This document shows, in pieces, positions 50,003-60,886 of a DNA stretch of 64,000 bases. The first letter of the stretch is position 1, and the number at the start of each line of letters is the position of its first letter. Position numbers and translations under genes: made by a program. The notes below the pieces were generated by a model. The model did not search any database. It saw only the letters and a program-made list of their open reading frames with translations, and was not told the DNA's origin. This DNA is from Abditibacterium sp. (GTDB taxonomy: Bacteria > Armatimonadota > Abditibacteriia > Abditibacteriales > Abditibacteriaceae): NCBI GenBank assembly GCA_965246885.1, contig OZ251992.1, forward strand, positions 3,104,001-3,168,000, given 5' to 3'.

Positions 50003-51403
50003 TTACGTCCCCGTCAATTTGCGGATTTCGTCGGGGCTAAGTCCCCCCGTCCCGCCGTCGCCCATCGCGGCGGTGCGCACGGTTTTGGTGCGCACGCCCA
50101 AGGCAACCGTTTTGTTGGTGGCGACGGAAATGGTGCCGGTTTTGTCGAGTTCGTCCAAGGCGCCTTGGAGCATTTGCGTAGCGGCGCCGTTGCCGATGCG
50201 TTGCGTCATACCCGCCGCGATTTGCAATGTTTGGCGCGCTTGGCCGGGGTTGAGCGCGACGGTGCGCATCGCTTCGCCGACCATCTTGCCCACGTTCTTC
50301 TGCTGAACGTAAGAGATGACTTCCGGGTCAACTTGGGCGGTCGCGGCTTCGTCGGGCGTGAAGAGGACGAACAAATCTTGCGGCGGGAACTCCGTCACTT
50401 TGTTCAAACCGGGCGCCGTTGCGACCAAGCCGACTTGCGCGACGCGGGCGCGGGCCGGGGGGCGCTCCAAGCCGGAAATCGTCATCTCGATGATGAACAC
50501 GGTAAAGTCGCCGCGCTCGATGTTGCCGAGCAAGAACGGCTTTTGCGCCGTGTCTACATCGTTCAAACTGGGCGCGACGCGCGAGATGGAGTCAATGGAG
50601 ACGCCCTTGACAGTCGAGATGGTGGCGCGCAGGTTGGTCACGACTTCGCGGGCGGTTTGGGCGACTTCGGCACCGATGAGGGCAGCGAAATCTTGAATGT
50701 CGCGGATGCCGTACGGCTTGCCCAAAGTCGCGTCGGCCAGTTGTTTGAGCAAGTCGTCGTTGTATTCCTCGCCAAAACCCACGCCGATGAAGGGGATGTT
50801 GAGGCGTGCGAATTCGGGCATCGCCGCGATGCACTCTTCCTCGTCAAAAGTGGCGCCGTCGGTGAAGACGATGGCGCGCTTGGCGACTTCCGGCCCCAAT
50901 TTGCCCAGCTCGCCCAAGGCGGTTTGGAGGCCCTTGCCCATGTGCGTGCCGCCCGCATAATCGCGCAAAAGTTCGATGGCCGCGTGGATTCCGGCGCGGT
51001 TGGAAACCGGCGTGAGCGGCAGCAAAACGCGCGCGTCGTCGTCGAAATGCACGAGGGCGATGCGGTCGTTGGGTGCGAAGTGGGGATCGTCCACCATCGC
51101 GTGTGCGGCGGAGATGGCTTGGTCAAGGAGAGTGGGCAGGTTCAGGTCGTAGCCCTTGTAAGTCCCGCCGTCCACGACGTTGCCGATGGGCGCGGCGTTT
51201 TTGGCGAGTTGCCGCGCGGCGTCTTGATCGGCGAAGGCTTGCATCGAGGCGGAGGTATCAATCACAAGCGCAAGCGCAAGCGGCGCGCGGGTGGCGGCAG
51301 CTTCGGCGTCGGGGATGAGCTTGAGCATCGCAAACAGTTTCTGCGCTTCCGTCGAGCCGCTTTTGAGGGCGTTGCGGTGCGGTTTGAGTTGAATGTTGAG
51401 CAT
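50003..51403 (-). CDS. von Willebrand factor A (vWA) domain protein
   Basis: MIDAS motif DTSAS, GGT, FTDG, GVGFGEEYN..LL..LA; helical C-terminus. Confidence 0.88.
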   Translation of the reverse strand: MLNIQLKPHRNALKSGSTEAQKLFAMLKLIPDAEAAATRAPLALALVIDTSASMQAFADQDAARQLAKNAAPIGNVVDGGTYKGYDLNLPTLLDQAISAAHAMVDDPHFAPNDRIALVHFDDDARVLLPLTPVSNRAGIHAAIELLRDYAGGTHMGKGLQTALGELGKLGPEVAKRAIVFTDGATFDEEECIAAMPEFARLNIPFIGVGFGEEYNDDLLKQLADATLGKPYGIRDIQDFAALIGAEVAQTAREVVTNLRATISTVKGVSIDSISRVAPSLNDVDTAQKPFLLGNIERGDFTVFIIEMTISGLERPPARARVAQVGLVATAPGLNKVTEFPPQDLFVLFTPDEAATAQVDPEVISYVQQKNVGKMVGEAMRTVALNPGQARQTLQIAAGMTQRIGNGAATQMLQGALDELDKTGTISVATNKTVALGVRTKTVRTAAMGDGGTGGLSPDEIRKLTGT

Positions 51404-51409
51404 TGGAAT

Positions 51410-53656
51410 TTAAGTCGCAGCCGTGTCGCCCTCACCCGCAACGGCCACCGCGATGGGCGCGGTTTCGCCCAATTGGAAGATGTAGGCGGTCGCGTTGTCC
51501 GGCCCGCGCGCGCGCATCGCGGCGGCGAGCAGTTGGTGAGCGGCTTCTTCGAGCGAGTCGCTGTCGTCTATGATTGTCCGCATCTCGTCTTCCAGCACCG
51601 GCTCCCAAACGCCGTCCGAGAACGCGAGGAGAATATCGCCGGTTTGCAGTTCGAGCGACGCGGTCTTCATCTCGACTTCCAAGCCGTCCACGAAGTAGTC
51701 TGGCATCGGGTGGCGGTCGCCGAGGGAGCGCGTGATTTTGGAGCGGTCGGGATGTTCGCGCATCTCTTCGCGCGTGATTTCGCCCTGCAACACGAGGCTC
51801 ATCACGAACGAGTGGTCGCGGGTGAGGGGCGTTAACTCGTCGCCGCGCAGGAGGTAGGTGCGGCAGTCACCCACGTGCGCAAGCGTCAGGCGGCGGTCAA
51901 TGACCAGCCCGCACACGAGGGTGCACCCGCCGCGCGCGCCGATTGCGTTCATCGCTTCGACGGCGCGGCGGTTCGCTTCGCGCGTCCACGTCTTGGGGAG
52001 CGAGACGTGCTCGGCTTCGGACAATGGCTTGCCATCGAAGGCGGCGCCCCATAAGGCGGCGTCCTTGAGGAGCGAGGCGACGGCGGTTTGCGAGGCGACT
52101 TCGCCCGACGCCATGCCGCCCATGCCGTCCGAAACGACCCATGCCGTCCACGCGACGGCGCCCTCTTCTCCCGCCTTTTGGCCGCGCACTTCGCCCCACG
52201 CGTCTTGGTTGGTGGTGCGTCCCGGCTCCAAACCGATGGTGGTGTCGCCCGCCGATTCGTGGCGCGCGAGGGGCTTGAGGCGCGCGCGAAGTCGCACCAA
52301 GTCGAAGTGAAGCGCCGCCATGTCGGAGTAGCGCGCAGAGGGTGGGCCGAGCGTCTTGGCAAGTATCTGGGGCGCGCCGGGGAGCAGGATGTGCGGCGCA
52401 AAGGTCGCTTCGTCCCAGCCGGTTTCGGGCACGCCCGCGCCCGTCACCACGCGCAGGAGTAAGGCGCCAACAGAGTAAACATCGGCGCGCGCATCGAGCG
52501 GGGCACCCGCCAACAGTTCCGGCGCCCCATAGCCCGCGAAACTCACCGGTGCGGCGGGGGTTTGGCCAAGCGGCGAGAGCGACTCAAAGCCGCCCAGCTT
52601 GACCGGCTTGCCCAAGACAATCGCTTCGGGCCGCAACGCGCCGTGCACAAAACCCGCTTTATGCAAGCCCGCGAGCGCGGCGGCGGCTTGGGTAATGGTG
52701 GAAAGCGCATCCGCGAGGGGCGCGGCGCCCGCCAACTGCGACGCGAAAGTTTGCGCCGCGTCGCCCGCAACGTCGGCAAGGTAAACGCGCTCGGATGCGG
52801 TGCCAAACGCGGCGGGCGGCGGGATTTGCGGCGAGTTGATGGCGCGGCGCGCGGCTTCTTCGCGGGCCAACTGCGCGGAGGAAGTGGAACCCTGTGCCGC
52901 TTCGCGCAGGAGGAGCGCGTTTCCGGCGCCGTCCTGCGCGCGGTAAAAGTTGACTTCGCCGCGCGGCGCGAGAAGTTCCGTGACGGTCAGTTCAGATGTC
53001 TCGCCCGCGCCCAGCGTCACGTGCGCGCCGACTTCCAAGGGCGTGGGCGCAAGGGCGGGAAGCGGCTCGACGTATTCTTCGAGATTGCCTTCGGCATCGA
53101 GCGCGGCGGGCGAGGGCGTGACAGCAACGAGCGGCGATTCGGCGGAGAAGGGCGCGGCTGGTGCGGCTTCATCTGCGCGCGTTTCGCTGGTCTGCGCGTC
53201 GGGCGAGATGGTTTCCAGTTGCGCCGCGAAGGGGTCGAACTCGTCGGGCAACGGCAGGGCGTCGTCGGACAGTGACGCGGGAACGGGAACTGCCGGAGCG
53301 ACGGATTCGGAAGCGGTGGGCGCGGGTGTGAGTTCCATGAGCAAAGCGTCGGGCATCGGCTTATCGGGTGCGCCGTCCGTTTCCGAGCGAGGTACTAAGA
53401 TGTCGCCCACGTCGGGCAGTGCGTTCTTGGGCACGAGCAAGTCGTTGGCTTCGCTGGCCAATTCGCTTGCCGAAAGGTCGTCTTCAACGGACGCCGCCAC
53501 ACCCTCGCCCATCGCGTGGGTGGCGCCACTGAGATTGCGTGTTGCGTCCGCCAAGTTGATATAAGAACTGCGGCGACGGCGCTTTCCCCCACTGCCTTGA
53601 GGCGCTGAGGAGCGGTCTGCGTCGTCCTTGTGGAGGAAGCGGTCGAGTAAACCCAT
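51410..53656 (-). CDS. Degenerate Ser/Thr kinase domain fused to PP2C phosphatase
   Basis: Kinase scaffold HGALRPE, GYGAPE, DVYSVG; PP2C motifs R..NQD, SDGMGG, HVGDCR, TRDHS, SDGVW, GPDNAT. Confidence 0.88.
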   Translation of the reverse strand: MGLLDRFLHKDDADRSSAPQGSGGKRRRRSSYINLADATRNLSGATHAMGEGVAASVEDDLSASELASEANDLLVPKNALPDVGDILVPRSETDGAPDKPMPDALLMELTPAPTASESVAPAVPVPASLSDDALPLPDEFDPFAAQLETISPDAQTSETRADEAAPAAPFSAESPLVAVTPSPAALDAEGNLEEYVEPLPALAPTPLEVGAHVTLGAGETSELTVTELLAPRGEVNFYRAQDGAGNALLLREAAQGSTSSAQLAREEAARRAINSPQIPPPAAFGTASERVYLADVAGDAAQTFASQLAGAAPLADALSTITQAAAALAGLHKAGFVHGALRPEAIVLGKPVKLGGFESLSPLGQTPAAPVSFAGYGAPELLAGAPLDARADVYSVGALLLRVVTGAGVPETGWDEATFAPHILLPGAPQILAKTLGPPSARYSDMAALHFDLVRLRARLKPLARHESAGDTTIGLEPGRTTNQDAWGEVRGQKAGEEGAVAWTAWVVSDGMGGMASGEVASQTAVASLLKDAALWGAAFDGKPLSEAEHVSLPKTWTREANRRAVEAMNAIGARGGCTLVCGLVIDRRLTLAHVGDCRTYLLRGDELTPLTRDHSFVMSLVLQGEITREEMREHPDRSKITRSLGDRHPMPDYFVDGLEVEMKTASLELQTGDILLAFSDGVWEPVLEDEMRTIIDDSDSLEEAAHQLLAAAMRARGPDNATAYIFQLGETAPIAVAVAGEGDTAAT

Positions 53657-53685
53657 GATGGAAAGCAGCTTGCGAGCGCAAACGT

Positions 53686-54465
53686 TTAAACGGTCGAAAA
53701 TTCAAAGCGGGCGTTACCAAAAGCGACTTCATCCCCATTGGACAAGGCGGTTTCGCCCGTGACGCGCGCGAAGCCGCTCGCATTTTTGACGAAAGTGCCG
53801 TTGCGCGACCCCAAGTCCTTGACCATCCACTGCCCATCGCGCAGGTTAATCTCGGCGTGGTGACGGGAAATGTAGACGGCTTCGGGCAGTTGCGCCATGT
53901 CCACATCCACCGGCCCGGATTCCGGGTCGAAGCGGCCAACGGTTGCGCTTGGCCCGATGGAAAACACATCGCCTGTCGGTGCGCCGCCGCGCTTGAGCGT
54001 CAGTTTCGCCGTCCCAATGCCCGTTGGGGCGAGGGGTGCGGCGGGCGCGGGCGCGGCGGGCGAGGGGTCAATGACCGTTGTAGGCGCCGCCGAAGCGGGC
54101 GCGGCTTCGGGCGCGGGCGTTGGAGCAACGGCTTTGTCAAGATCAAAATCCCACTGGCTTCCGGCGAAGGGGTCGTGCGCGACTGCGCTCGCGGCGGAAG
54201 CCGGAGTGGACACTTCTGCCCCGGCTTTGGGCGCGGACTCATCGGCGAAGTCGAAGGCGGAGGGCGACGGGACGGCGGGCGCCCCGATGTCGGTGACGTG
54301 CGTCGGCGCTTCGGTGGCGTGCGTCGGTGACGGCGCGGCGGACGCCCCTACGGGCGTGGCGGGATGCGCTGGAGCGGCGGCGTGCGTGGGCAGTTCCATG
54401 CCGCAGTCGGCGCAAACGGTCGCGCCTTCGGGATTGAGACTTCCACAAGTGGGGCATTGTTGCAT
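53686..54465 (-). CDS. Zinc-ribbon + FHA domain protein
   Basis: CPTC...CADC, Pro/Ala linker, FHA motifs VGR, SRHHA, DLGSRNGT. Confidence 0.9.
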   Translation of the reverse strand: MQQCPTCGSLNPEGATVCADCGMELPTHAAAPAHPATPVGASAAPSPTHATEAPTHVTDIGAPAVPSPSAFDFADESAPKAGAEVSTPASAASAVAHDPFAGSQWDFDLDKAVAPTPAPEAAPASAAPTTVIDPSPAAPAPAAPLAPTGIGTAKLTLKRGGAPTGDVFSIGPSATVGRFDPESGPVDVDMAQLPEAVYISRHHAEINLRDGQWMVKDLGSRNGTFVKNASGFARVTGETALSNGDEVAFGNARFEFSTV

Positions 54466-54504
54466 AATCGAACCTTTATTTTCCCATAATCGCGGGGAAG
54501 TCAA

Positions 54505-55554
54505 TCAGGCGGCGTTTTCGTTGTTGGCGGGCACGGCGCGGTCAGCGATGTGGGCGAAGGGAACCCGCCCCGCGTCGCCGTCCAACTGCGCGCCGGACAG
54601 TGTGGCATCGCCCTCGTCGCCATCTGTTGGCGCGGGCATGAAGCGTGTACCAAAGCCCAGCACGTCGCCCGCCAAGTTGGGGAACAGGCGATAGAGTAGC
54701 GCCGCCCACGCGATGGGCGCGGGAAAGGTGAGCGCGGGGTCGCCGTAACGCATGGCGTCTACGATGAGTTTGGCGGCGACGGGTGCGGGCACGGCGACGG
54801 GCGAAACAGCGCCCAGTTTGAACATCTTGTATTCGGCGCCTTGGCGTCCTTTGAAGGTAGCATGAACGTGCGATCCGGTGCGGATGATGCCGGGGCAAAC
54901 GGTCGTGACGCGCACGCCGTCCTTAGCCACCTCGTGTCGCATGGCGTCAGACAAACCGACCAGCCCAAATTTGGAAGCGGCATAAGGCGCCATGTGCGGT
55001 ACGGCGACCAGCCCGCCGAACGAGGCAATGTTGGCGATGCGTCCGACGCGGCCCTTCTTTAAATAGGGGAGCGCGGCCCGCGACAAGTAAAGCGGCGCCC
55101 AAATGTGCAGGTCAATGGCGGCTTTGAAATCGGCGTCGCTTTGGTGTTCGAGCGGCCCGACTTGAATGACGCCCGCGTTGTTGATGAGGGCATCCAAGGA
55201 GCCGAAGTGCTCGGAAGCGGCTTTAACGGCGCGCTCGCAGTCGGCCTTTTGGGTCACGTCCGCCACAATCGTCAGGACGCGCGCGCCCTGCTCTTCGAGT
55301 TCGGCTTTGGCCCTTGCCAACTCATCGGCTTTGCGGGCGACCAGCACCAAGTTGGCGCCTTGGCTGGCCAACTCGCGGGCGATGCTCAAGCCCAAGCCGC
55401 GCGCGCCGCCAGAGATGAGCACGGTGCGCCCGCGAAAATCAACCGCGTGCCGCGCGCGTAGCAAGCGCAGAAGCGCCAAGGTGCCGCCAATGAGGAGAGC
55501 TAAATGGGCAAAGGAAAACCCCGTCTTGGACGGGGCGGAAGGACGAGCGTTCAT
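54505..55554 (-). CDS. SDR family oxidoreductase
   Basis: SGGARGLG, NNAG, S...YAASK, VCPG. Confidence 0.92.
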   Translation of the reverse strand: MNARPSAPSKTGFSFAHLALLIGGTLALLRLLRARHAVDFRGRTVLISGGARGLGLSIARELASQGANLVLVARKADELARAKAELEEQGARVLTIVADVTQKADCERAVKAASEHFGSLDALINNAGVIQVGPLEHQSDADFKAAIDLHIWAPLYLSRAALPYLKKGRVGRIANIASFGGLVAVPHMAPYAASKFGLVGLSDAMRHEVAKDGVRVTTVCPGIIRTGSHVHATFKGRQGAEYKMFKLGAVSPVAVPAPVAAKLIVDAMRYGDPALTFPAPIAWAALLYRLFPNLAGDVLGFGTRFMPAPTDGDEGDATLSGAQLDGDAGRVPFAHIADRAVPANNENAA

Positions 55555-55593
55555 GGCCCCGAACTGCGGGCGAGTTCGGGGCCAAAGGGCGCC

Positions 55594-56565
55594 CTATTGC
55601 TGCATCGCGTCGGTTTCGTCCGTGCCATCGTTCCAATGGAGGGCGGAGTCGGGCACGGCGAACCACGCGGCGCCGATGGGTTCGAGTTCTTCGGGGCGGG
55701 GCGCTTCGGCGGGCGACACGTGAACGGCGACTTTGATTTCGCTGCGCATCTCGCCAGAGCGCCGGATGTAAACGCCTTTGGTGGGTGGCACGTCGGCGTA
55801 ATCGCGGCCAATAGCGGTGCGGATGTGGCGCTCGCTGCACTCCAAGTCGTTGGTGGGGTCGAAGCCCAGCCAGCCCAAATGCGGGAGCAACACCTCAACC
55901 CACGCATGCGTCGCGTCGGACACGGAGCGGTCTTGCGAACCGGCGCGGTGGAACAAGTAGCCCGAAACGTAGCGCGCCGGAAGGTGGAAGTGGCGCAAGA
56001 CGGCGATCATGATGTGCGAGTAATCTTGGCACACGCCCTGCCGCCCGGCGAGCGCGACGTCGATGGGCGAGTCGGCTTGCGTGGCGCTGGGGACATAGGA
56101 GAACGCCTCGAACATGGCGTGGTTGAGCGTGCGCACCCACGTGAGCGGGTCGCTTTCGCGCTTGAGTCCCAGTTCTTCGACGAACGCGAGCAAAAGCGGG
56201 GTGGTGCGCGAGAACTTGGATTCGAGCAGGAAGTCCCAGTGGTCTTCAAAGCGGTTCAGTTCGTCGAGCGCATCCCAGTCGCGCTCTTCCAAGGCGTTGG
56301 GCAAGGGCGGGAGCGGCGCGACTTCGACGAGCGATTCGGAGATGACGGCGAGGCTCGTGTGTTCGCCGGGAACGTCGAAGTGGTGGACGATGTTATTCAT
56401 CCAATCGCGGCGCATAAACGGGCGGGCGACGGGTTCGATTTCCAAGTCGAACTGGCGCAGGCTCTGGTTGCCTTCGGAGCGCGGCTGTACCATGACTTCC
56501 ATGATGTTTTGCCGCACGGGTTCGGAAAAGCGGAAGCGGGTGGAGTGGCGGATGGAGTAGAACAT
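55594..56565 (-). CDS. Transglutaminase-family protein
   Basis: YSIRHST, GVCQDYSH, ARYVSGY, HAWVE, GFDPTN, GRDYADV.P. Confidence 0.92.
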   Translation of the reverse strand: MFYSIRHSTRFRFSEPVRQNIMEVMVQPRSEGNQSLRQFDLEIEPVARPFMRRDWMNNIVHHFDVPGEHTSLAVISESLVEVAPLPPLPNALEERDWDALDELNRFEDHWDFLLESKFSRTTPLLLAFVEELGLKRESDPLTWVRTLNHAMFEAFSYVPSATQADSPIDVALAGRQGVCQDYSHIMIAVLRHFHLPARYVSGYLFHRAGSQDRSVSDATHAWVEVLLPHLGWLGFDPTNDLECSERHIRTAIGRDYADVPPTKGVYIRRSGEMRSEIKVAVHVSPAEAPRPEELEPIGAAWFAVPDSALHWNDGTDETDAMQQ

Positions 56566-56570
56566 GGCCT

Positions 56571-57536
56571 TTAAACGCTCATCGGGGCGCCGACGTTGTA
56601 GCGGACGTAGGTGGCGAACAGCGCGGAGTGAATCTGCCCGCAACAGGCGCGGATGTCGGACAGGAACTGCGGTAGGTCGTCGTTGAGGATGTCCTCGACG
56701 CTCGCGTAGTCCACTTGCGCGCGCAGTTTGCCCGCCGCGCGCGCCAAAGCGGTGTCGCGCGTGCGCCCCGTCGAACCGGCGAGGGCGTTCAAGTCGCGCT
56801 GGATGTTGTCTATGCAAAAGCGCACCGAGCGCGGCATCTCTTCATCGAACAGCAAAAACTCCACGATGCGCCGCGCGCGAAGGTCTGCCGTGTACTGGCG
56901 GCAATACGCCTCGAAGCACGAGCACGAGCGCAAGAGTCCGACCCACTCCAGATAATTTTCGGCGGTCGCGCCTTCGCTATCATCTGCCGTCGGCACGAGC
57001 GAAGCCGCGTGCGCACGCAGAAGCAGGAGCATCGCCCCGGCGCGCTCCAAGTTCTTGCCGATGCGGATGAACAGGAACTGCTCGCCGTGCGAGAAGGTCT
57101 CGTGCGTCACGCCGGTGAACAGATGCACGCCTTCCTTAACCTGCGCGAAGAGTTCCGCCGGTTGCGCGCGCCATTCGTCCTCGACGCCCGGCGCCCGCAC
57201 GCGCAAATACAAGCGGTTGAGTTGCTCATACATTTCCGTCGAGATTTGCTCGCGGATTTGGCTGGCGTTGTCGCGCGCCGTCGAGATGCTCGACACAATC
57301 GAGCTTTGGTTCTTGAGGTCGAACGTCAAGCGCCGCGCGAGGGCGTAGGAGTCCTCCGCTTCCTCGCCCGGCGGGACACCGAGGCTACGCAACAAATACT
57401 CCTGCTGCGAGACGCCCTCGCGCGGCCCCTGATCGAGCATGGAGTTGAGATAAACCCCCACCAAGCGCGCCGTATGTTCGGCCCGTTCGAGGTGGCGGCT
57501 CATCCAGTAAAGAGAATCGGCGACGCGAGATAGCAT
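56571..57536 (-). CDS. Alpha-E domain protein
   Basis: MLSRVADSLYWMSR.LERAE, ARDNA..IRE, LERA, PRSVRFC. Confidence 0.92.
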   Translation of the reverse strand: MLSRVADSLYWMSRHLERAEHTARLVGVYLNSMLDQGPREGVSQQEYLLRSLGVPPGEEAEDSYALARRLTFDLKNQSSIVSSISTARDNASQIREQISTEMYEQLNRLYLRVRAPGVEDEWRAQPAELFAQVKEGVHLFTGVTHETFSHGEQFLFIRIGKNLERAGAMLLLLRAHAASLVPTADDSEGATAENYLEWVGLLRSCSCFEAYCRQYTADLRARRIVEFLLFDEEMPRSVRFCIDNIQRDLNALAGSTGRTRDTALARAAGKLRAQVDYASVEDILNDDLPQFLSDIRACCGQIHSALFATYVRYNVGAPMSV

Positions 57537-57548
57537 AGTTAGAGTGGG

Positions 57549-57872
57549 TTACTCGAAAAGGTGCGGAAGAACGTTGCGCCTTTGGTGGTAGCAACGCAAC
57601 ATGACGACGAGTTCGATGTTTTCGCCCGTAGTCGCATCCGTTCTTGCGACGATCTCAAACCAAAGGGCGTAAGGAAACTTCGCCAAGTTGACGCGGCGAA
57701 CATTGCCAAAGCGAATGGCGTAAAGTCGCGGGGCGGCGCCAATAACATCGAAGGTCTCGTTGAGAACTTCGATGAACGTTCCCAGTGTCGCTTCCGACTT
57801 GGTTTTGTAGAAGTTAACGGCCTCAGCGATGCCCGCTTCCGCTTCCAGCCGCAAAACGAGTTGGCGCTTCAT
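57549..57872 (-). CDS. RelE/ParE-family toxin
   Basis: EAEAGIAEA..FY, VRR..LAKFPY.LWF, V.LRCYHQRR; ATGA overlap with the antitoxin stop. Confidence 0.8.
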   Translation of the reverse strand: MKRQLVLRLEAEAGIAEAVNFYKTKSEATLGTFIEVLNETFDVIGAAPRLYAIRFGNVRRVNLAKFPYALWFEIVARTDATTGENIELVVMLRCYHQRRNVLPHLFE

Positions 57873-58090
57873 GGTGTGGAAAGCAGCCGCGCCCGCACCG
57901 TAGGCCAATCGCTGCCTTCGCGCGGGTTGGCGTTGGCGGCGCGACTCGACTCTTCGAGTTCAGCGCGTTGTTCCGGCGACAAGTCGTCGTCATCCTCCGC
58001 GCGTTGCTCTAATCCCCGCGCGATCTCCCCAATCAGCGCCAACTGCTGCGTTGGAGTAAGTTGTTGAATTTGTTCTAAAAGTTCGGCCAT
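57869..58090 (-). CDS. Addiction-module antitoxin (TIGR02574-like)
   Basis: L..LTPTQQLALI, LSPEQRAEL, P.EG..W..VRARL; AGGAG ribosome-binding site. Confidence 0.8.
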   Translation of the reverse strand: MAELLEQIQQLTPTQQLALIGEIARGLEQRAEDDDDLSPEQRAELEESSRAANANPREGSDWPTVRARLLSTP

Positions 58091-58099
58091 AGTTTCTCC

Positions 58100-59683
58100 T
58101 TATTCATACAACACCCAAGTGTCCTTGCTCCCACCTCCCTGCGAAGAGTTCACCACTAAGCTCCCCTTGGTAAACGCGACGCGGGTGAGGCCGCCGGGGA
58201 CGATGTTGAAGCGCTCGCCGAACAGGACGAAGGGGCGAAGATCTATACAGCGCGGCTCGACTTCGTTGTCTATAAAGCAGGGGCCGCGCGACAGGGAAAT
58301 CGTGGGTTGGGCGATGTAGTTGCGCGGGTCGGCGCGCAGCTTCTGGGCAAACTCGTCTTGCTGCGACTTCGTGGAGTGCGGGCCAATCAGCATGCCGTAG
58401 CCCCCCGCTTCGCCGACGGCTTTGACGACCAAATTGTCGAGGTTGGCCAAGACATGCTGGAGTTGCGGCGGGTCGGCGCACAAGAAAGTCTCGACGTTGG
58501 GCAGGATGGCATCTTCGCCGAGATAGTAGCGGATAATCTGCGGCACATAGGCATAGACTGCCTTGTCGTCGGCTACGCCCGTGCCAAGCGCATTAGAAAG
58601 GGCGACGTTGCCCGCACGGTAAGCGTTGAGCAATCCCGGCACCCCCAAGCTCGAATCGGGCCGGAAGGAGAGCGGATCAATGAAGTCGTCGTCCACCCTC
58701 CGGTAGATGACATCCACCCGCTCCAAGCCCGCCGTCGTGCGCATGTAGACGACGTTGTCATGCACGAGCAAGTCGCGGCCTTCGACTAACTCCACGCCCA
58801 TCTGCCGTGCCAGAAACGTATGCTCAAAGTAAGCGGAATTGTAAACACCGGGGGTCAGCACCACAATCGTGGGGTCGGGACGGTGCGACGGGGCGAGCGA
58901 GCGCAGCGTCGAAAGCAAGACCTGCGCGTAATGGTCAATGGGCCGGACGGCATAGTCTTGAAACAGCGTCGGCATGACCTGCTTCATCACGCTGCGGCTG
59001 GTCAGCATATAACTCACGCCCGACGGCACGCGCAGATTGTCTTCGAGCACCGTCCACGTGCCATCGGGCGTGCGAATTAAGTCCGTGCCGCACAGCGAAA
59101 CCCACACGTCGCGCGGCGGCTTAAGGCCGCGCAGTTCCCTCCGGTAGTGCTTGCACGTATAAATGAGTTCGCGCGGAATGGCGCGGTCGGAAATGATGCG
59201 CGCTTCGCCGTAGATGTCCTTCAAAAAAGCATTGAGCGCCCGCACGCGTTGTTCCAAGCCCTTGGAAATGGTGGCCCATTCGCCCGAAGTAATGATGCGC
59301 GGCAGCAGATCATACGGGAAAATCCGCTCCGTGCCGCCTTCCTTGCCATAGACGGTAAAGGTGATGCCCTGATTGAGGAACGAGGCGTTGGCGGCGCTTT
59401 GGAAGGAGTTCAACTCGGCGGGCGACAAGCGTTGCAAGCGCTCGAAAAGCGTTTGATAAGCGTCGCGCGGCGCCAGAGCGCGGGCGTCGAGCATCTCATC
59501 GTAAAACGCCGGGTCAAGGTCGTAGCCCGTGAACGGCTCCGGCAGGCTTTGCGTTTGATTCTGCGATTGCGATTGGCTCCCATTGCCGCTTTGCGTTTGC
59601 GATTGGGATTGCCCCACCGTCCCCGCCAAGGGCGGCAGAGGAGAAAGCGGCGGCAACGGTTCGAGCGGGGAAAAGTCGGGCAT
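58100..59683 (-). CDS. Circularly permuted type 2 ATP-grasp protein
   Basis: [62 protein letters not shown]-terminal QS-rich segment. Confidence 0.93.
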   Translation of the reverse strand: MPDFSPLEPLPPLSPLPPLAGTVGQSQSQTQSGNGSQSQSQNQTQSLPEPFTGYDLDPAFYDEMLDARALAPRDAYQTLFERLQRLSPAELNSFQSAANASFLNQGITFTVYGKEGGTERIFPYDLLPRIITSGEWATISKGLEQRVRALNAFLKDIYGEARIISDRAIPRELIYTCKHYRRELRGLKPPRDVWVSLCGTDLIRTPDGTWTVLEDNLRVPSGVSYMLTSRSVMKQVMPTLFQDYAVRPIDHYAQVLLSTLRSLAPSHRPDPTIVVLTPGVYNSAYFEHTFLARQMGVELVEGRDLLVHDNVVYMRTTAGLERVDVIYRRVDDDFIDPLSFRPDSSLGVPGLLNAYRAGNVALSNALGTGVADDKAVYAYVPQIIRYYLGEDAILPNVETFLCADPPQLQHVLANLDNLVVKAVGEAGGYGMLIGPHSTKSQQDEFAQKLRADPRNYIAQPTISLSRGPCFIDNEVEPRCIDLRPFVLFGERFNIVPGGLTRVAFTKGSLVVNSSQGGGSKDTWVLYE

Positions 59684-59918
59684 AAACGAACTGCGCGCCA
59701 GTATAAAAGCGCCCCGTTTCCGGTTTGTTTCGGCTTGGGTCAACGCCATGTTTCCAGTGCCGGGAAGAAGAGCCGCATTTGGGGATTCTCCTAAAATTCC
59801 TGCGCGGTGTGGCGTGAGGCGCCAAAATACTACCTGCTCAATTCCAAAGGGCCTCTCCTGCCCCCGCACGTAAAGAGGGAGCGGCGGGAAAGGAGCGCGC
59901 GTTGGACTTGTCTTCGTT

Positions 59919-60815
59919 ATGACCCAACTGGTTCACCTTTCGTATCTGCAGGCCATCCTACTGGGCCTCTTGCAAGGCCTCACCGAGTTCTTGCCCGTTT
60001 CCAGCACGGCGCACATGGCGGTCGCGCCACAGTTGTTGGGATGGCGCGACCCCGGCGCCGCGTTCTCGGCCATCGCCCAGTTGGGGCCAATCGTCGCCAT
60101 CATCGCCTACTTCCGCGCTGACTTAGCGCGCTACCTAAACGGCGTGCTACGCACCAAAAGCCCCTTCAACTTGCCCGCCAACGACGTGGACGCGCGCTTG
60201 GGCTGGTTCGTCATTTTGGGCACTATCCCCTTGGCGCTCTTTGGTGTCTTGTTAGAAAAAAAGATAGACACCACTTTTCGCAGCCTGAGCGTCATCGGGT
60301 GGAGCTTGATTTTGCTGGCGCTGGTTTTGTGGTGGGCCGAGCGCACCGGCAAGCGCAACCGCAGTTTGGAAAAGCTCTCCTTTCCGCAAAGCCAAGTCAT
60401 CGGCTGGGCGCAGGTGTTGGCCTTGGTGCCGGGTGCCTCGCGTTCGGGCGTGACCATCACCGCCGGTTTGTTTCAGGGTCTCGACCGCGAAAGCGCGGCG
60501 CGATTTAGCTTCTTGCTGTCCATCCCCGCCATCACGCTCGCCGGTCTCTACAAGAGCTTCAAAGTTCTGCGCCAAACGCATTTGGGCGCCGAAGCGGGGC
60601 CGTATTTCCTCGCCGCCATCGTCGCGGGCGTCTTTGCCTACGTCGTGGTGCGCTGGTTCTTGGGGTACATGAAAGAACACAACACGAGCGTCTTCATCGT
60701 TTATCGCATCGCACTCGGTCTGCTCGTGCTTTTCCTCTTGCACACGGGGAGAATCCACACGCCCGTGCGCGCCGAGGCCGGAACTGCGCCCGTTGCGATT
60801 GCGCCCGCTCCGTAA
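59919..60815 (+). CDS. uppP: Undecaprenyl-diphosphatase
   Basis: [38 protein letters not shown]. Confidence 0.95.
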   Translation: MTQLVHLSYLQAILLGLLQGLTEFLPVSSTAHMAVAPQLLGWRDPGAAFSAIAQLGPIVAIIAYFRADLARYLNGVLRTKSPFNLPANDVDARLGWFVILGTIPLALFGVLLEKKIDTTFRSLSVIGWSLILLALVLWWAERTGKRNRSLEKLSFPQSQVIGWAQVLALVPGASRSGVTITAGLFQGLDRESAARFSFLLSIPAITLAGLYKSFKVLRQTHLGAEAGPYFLAAIVAGVFAYVVVRWFLGYMKEHNTSVFIVYRIALGLLVLFLLHTGRIHTPVRAEAGTAPVAIAPAP

Positions 60816-60838
60816 AGCAACGTCCACCCCAAAAGCAC

Positions 60839-60871
60839 AAAGCGCGGCCCCATCCCAAAGGCCGCGCTTTT
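60839..60871. terminator. Bidirectional terminator
   Basis: AAAGCGCGGCC...GGCCGCGCTTTT between convergent genes. Confidence 0.7.
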
Positions 60872-60886
60872 CCATGTTCACAACGA

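Noticed and set aside
59545..59615. QSQSQTQS low-complexity repeat
   Set aside because: Gln/Ser-rich termini are a common feature of CP-ATP-grasp proteins
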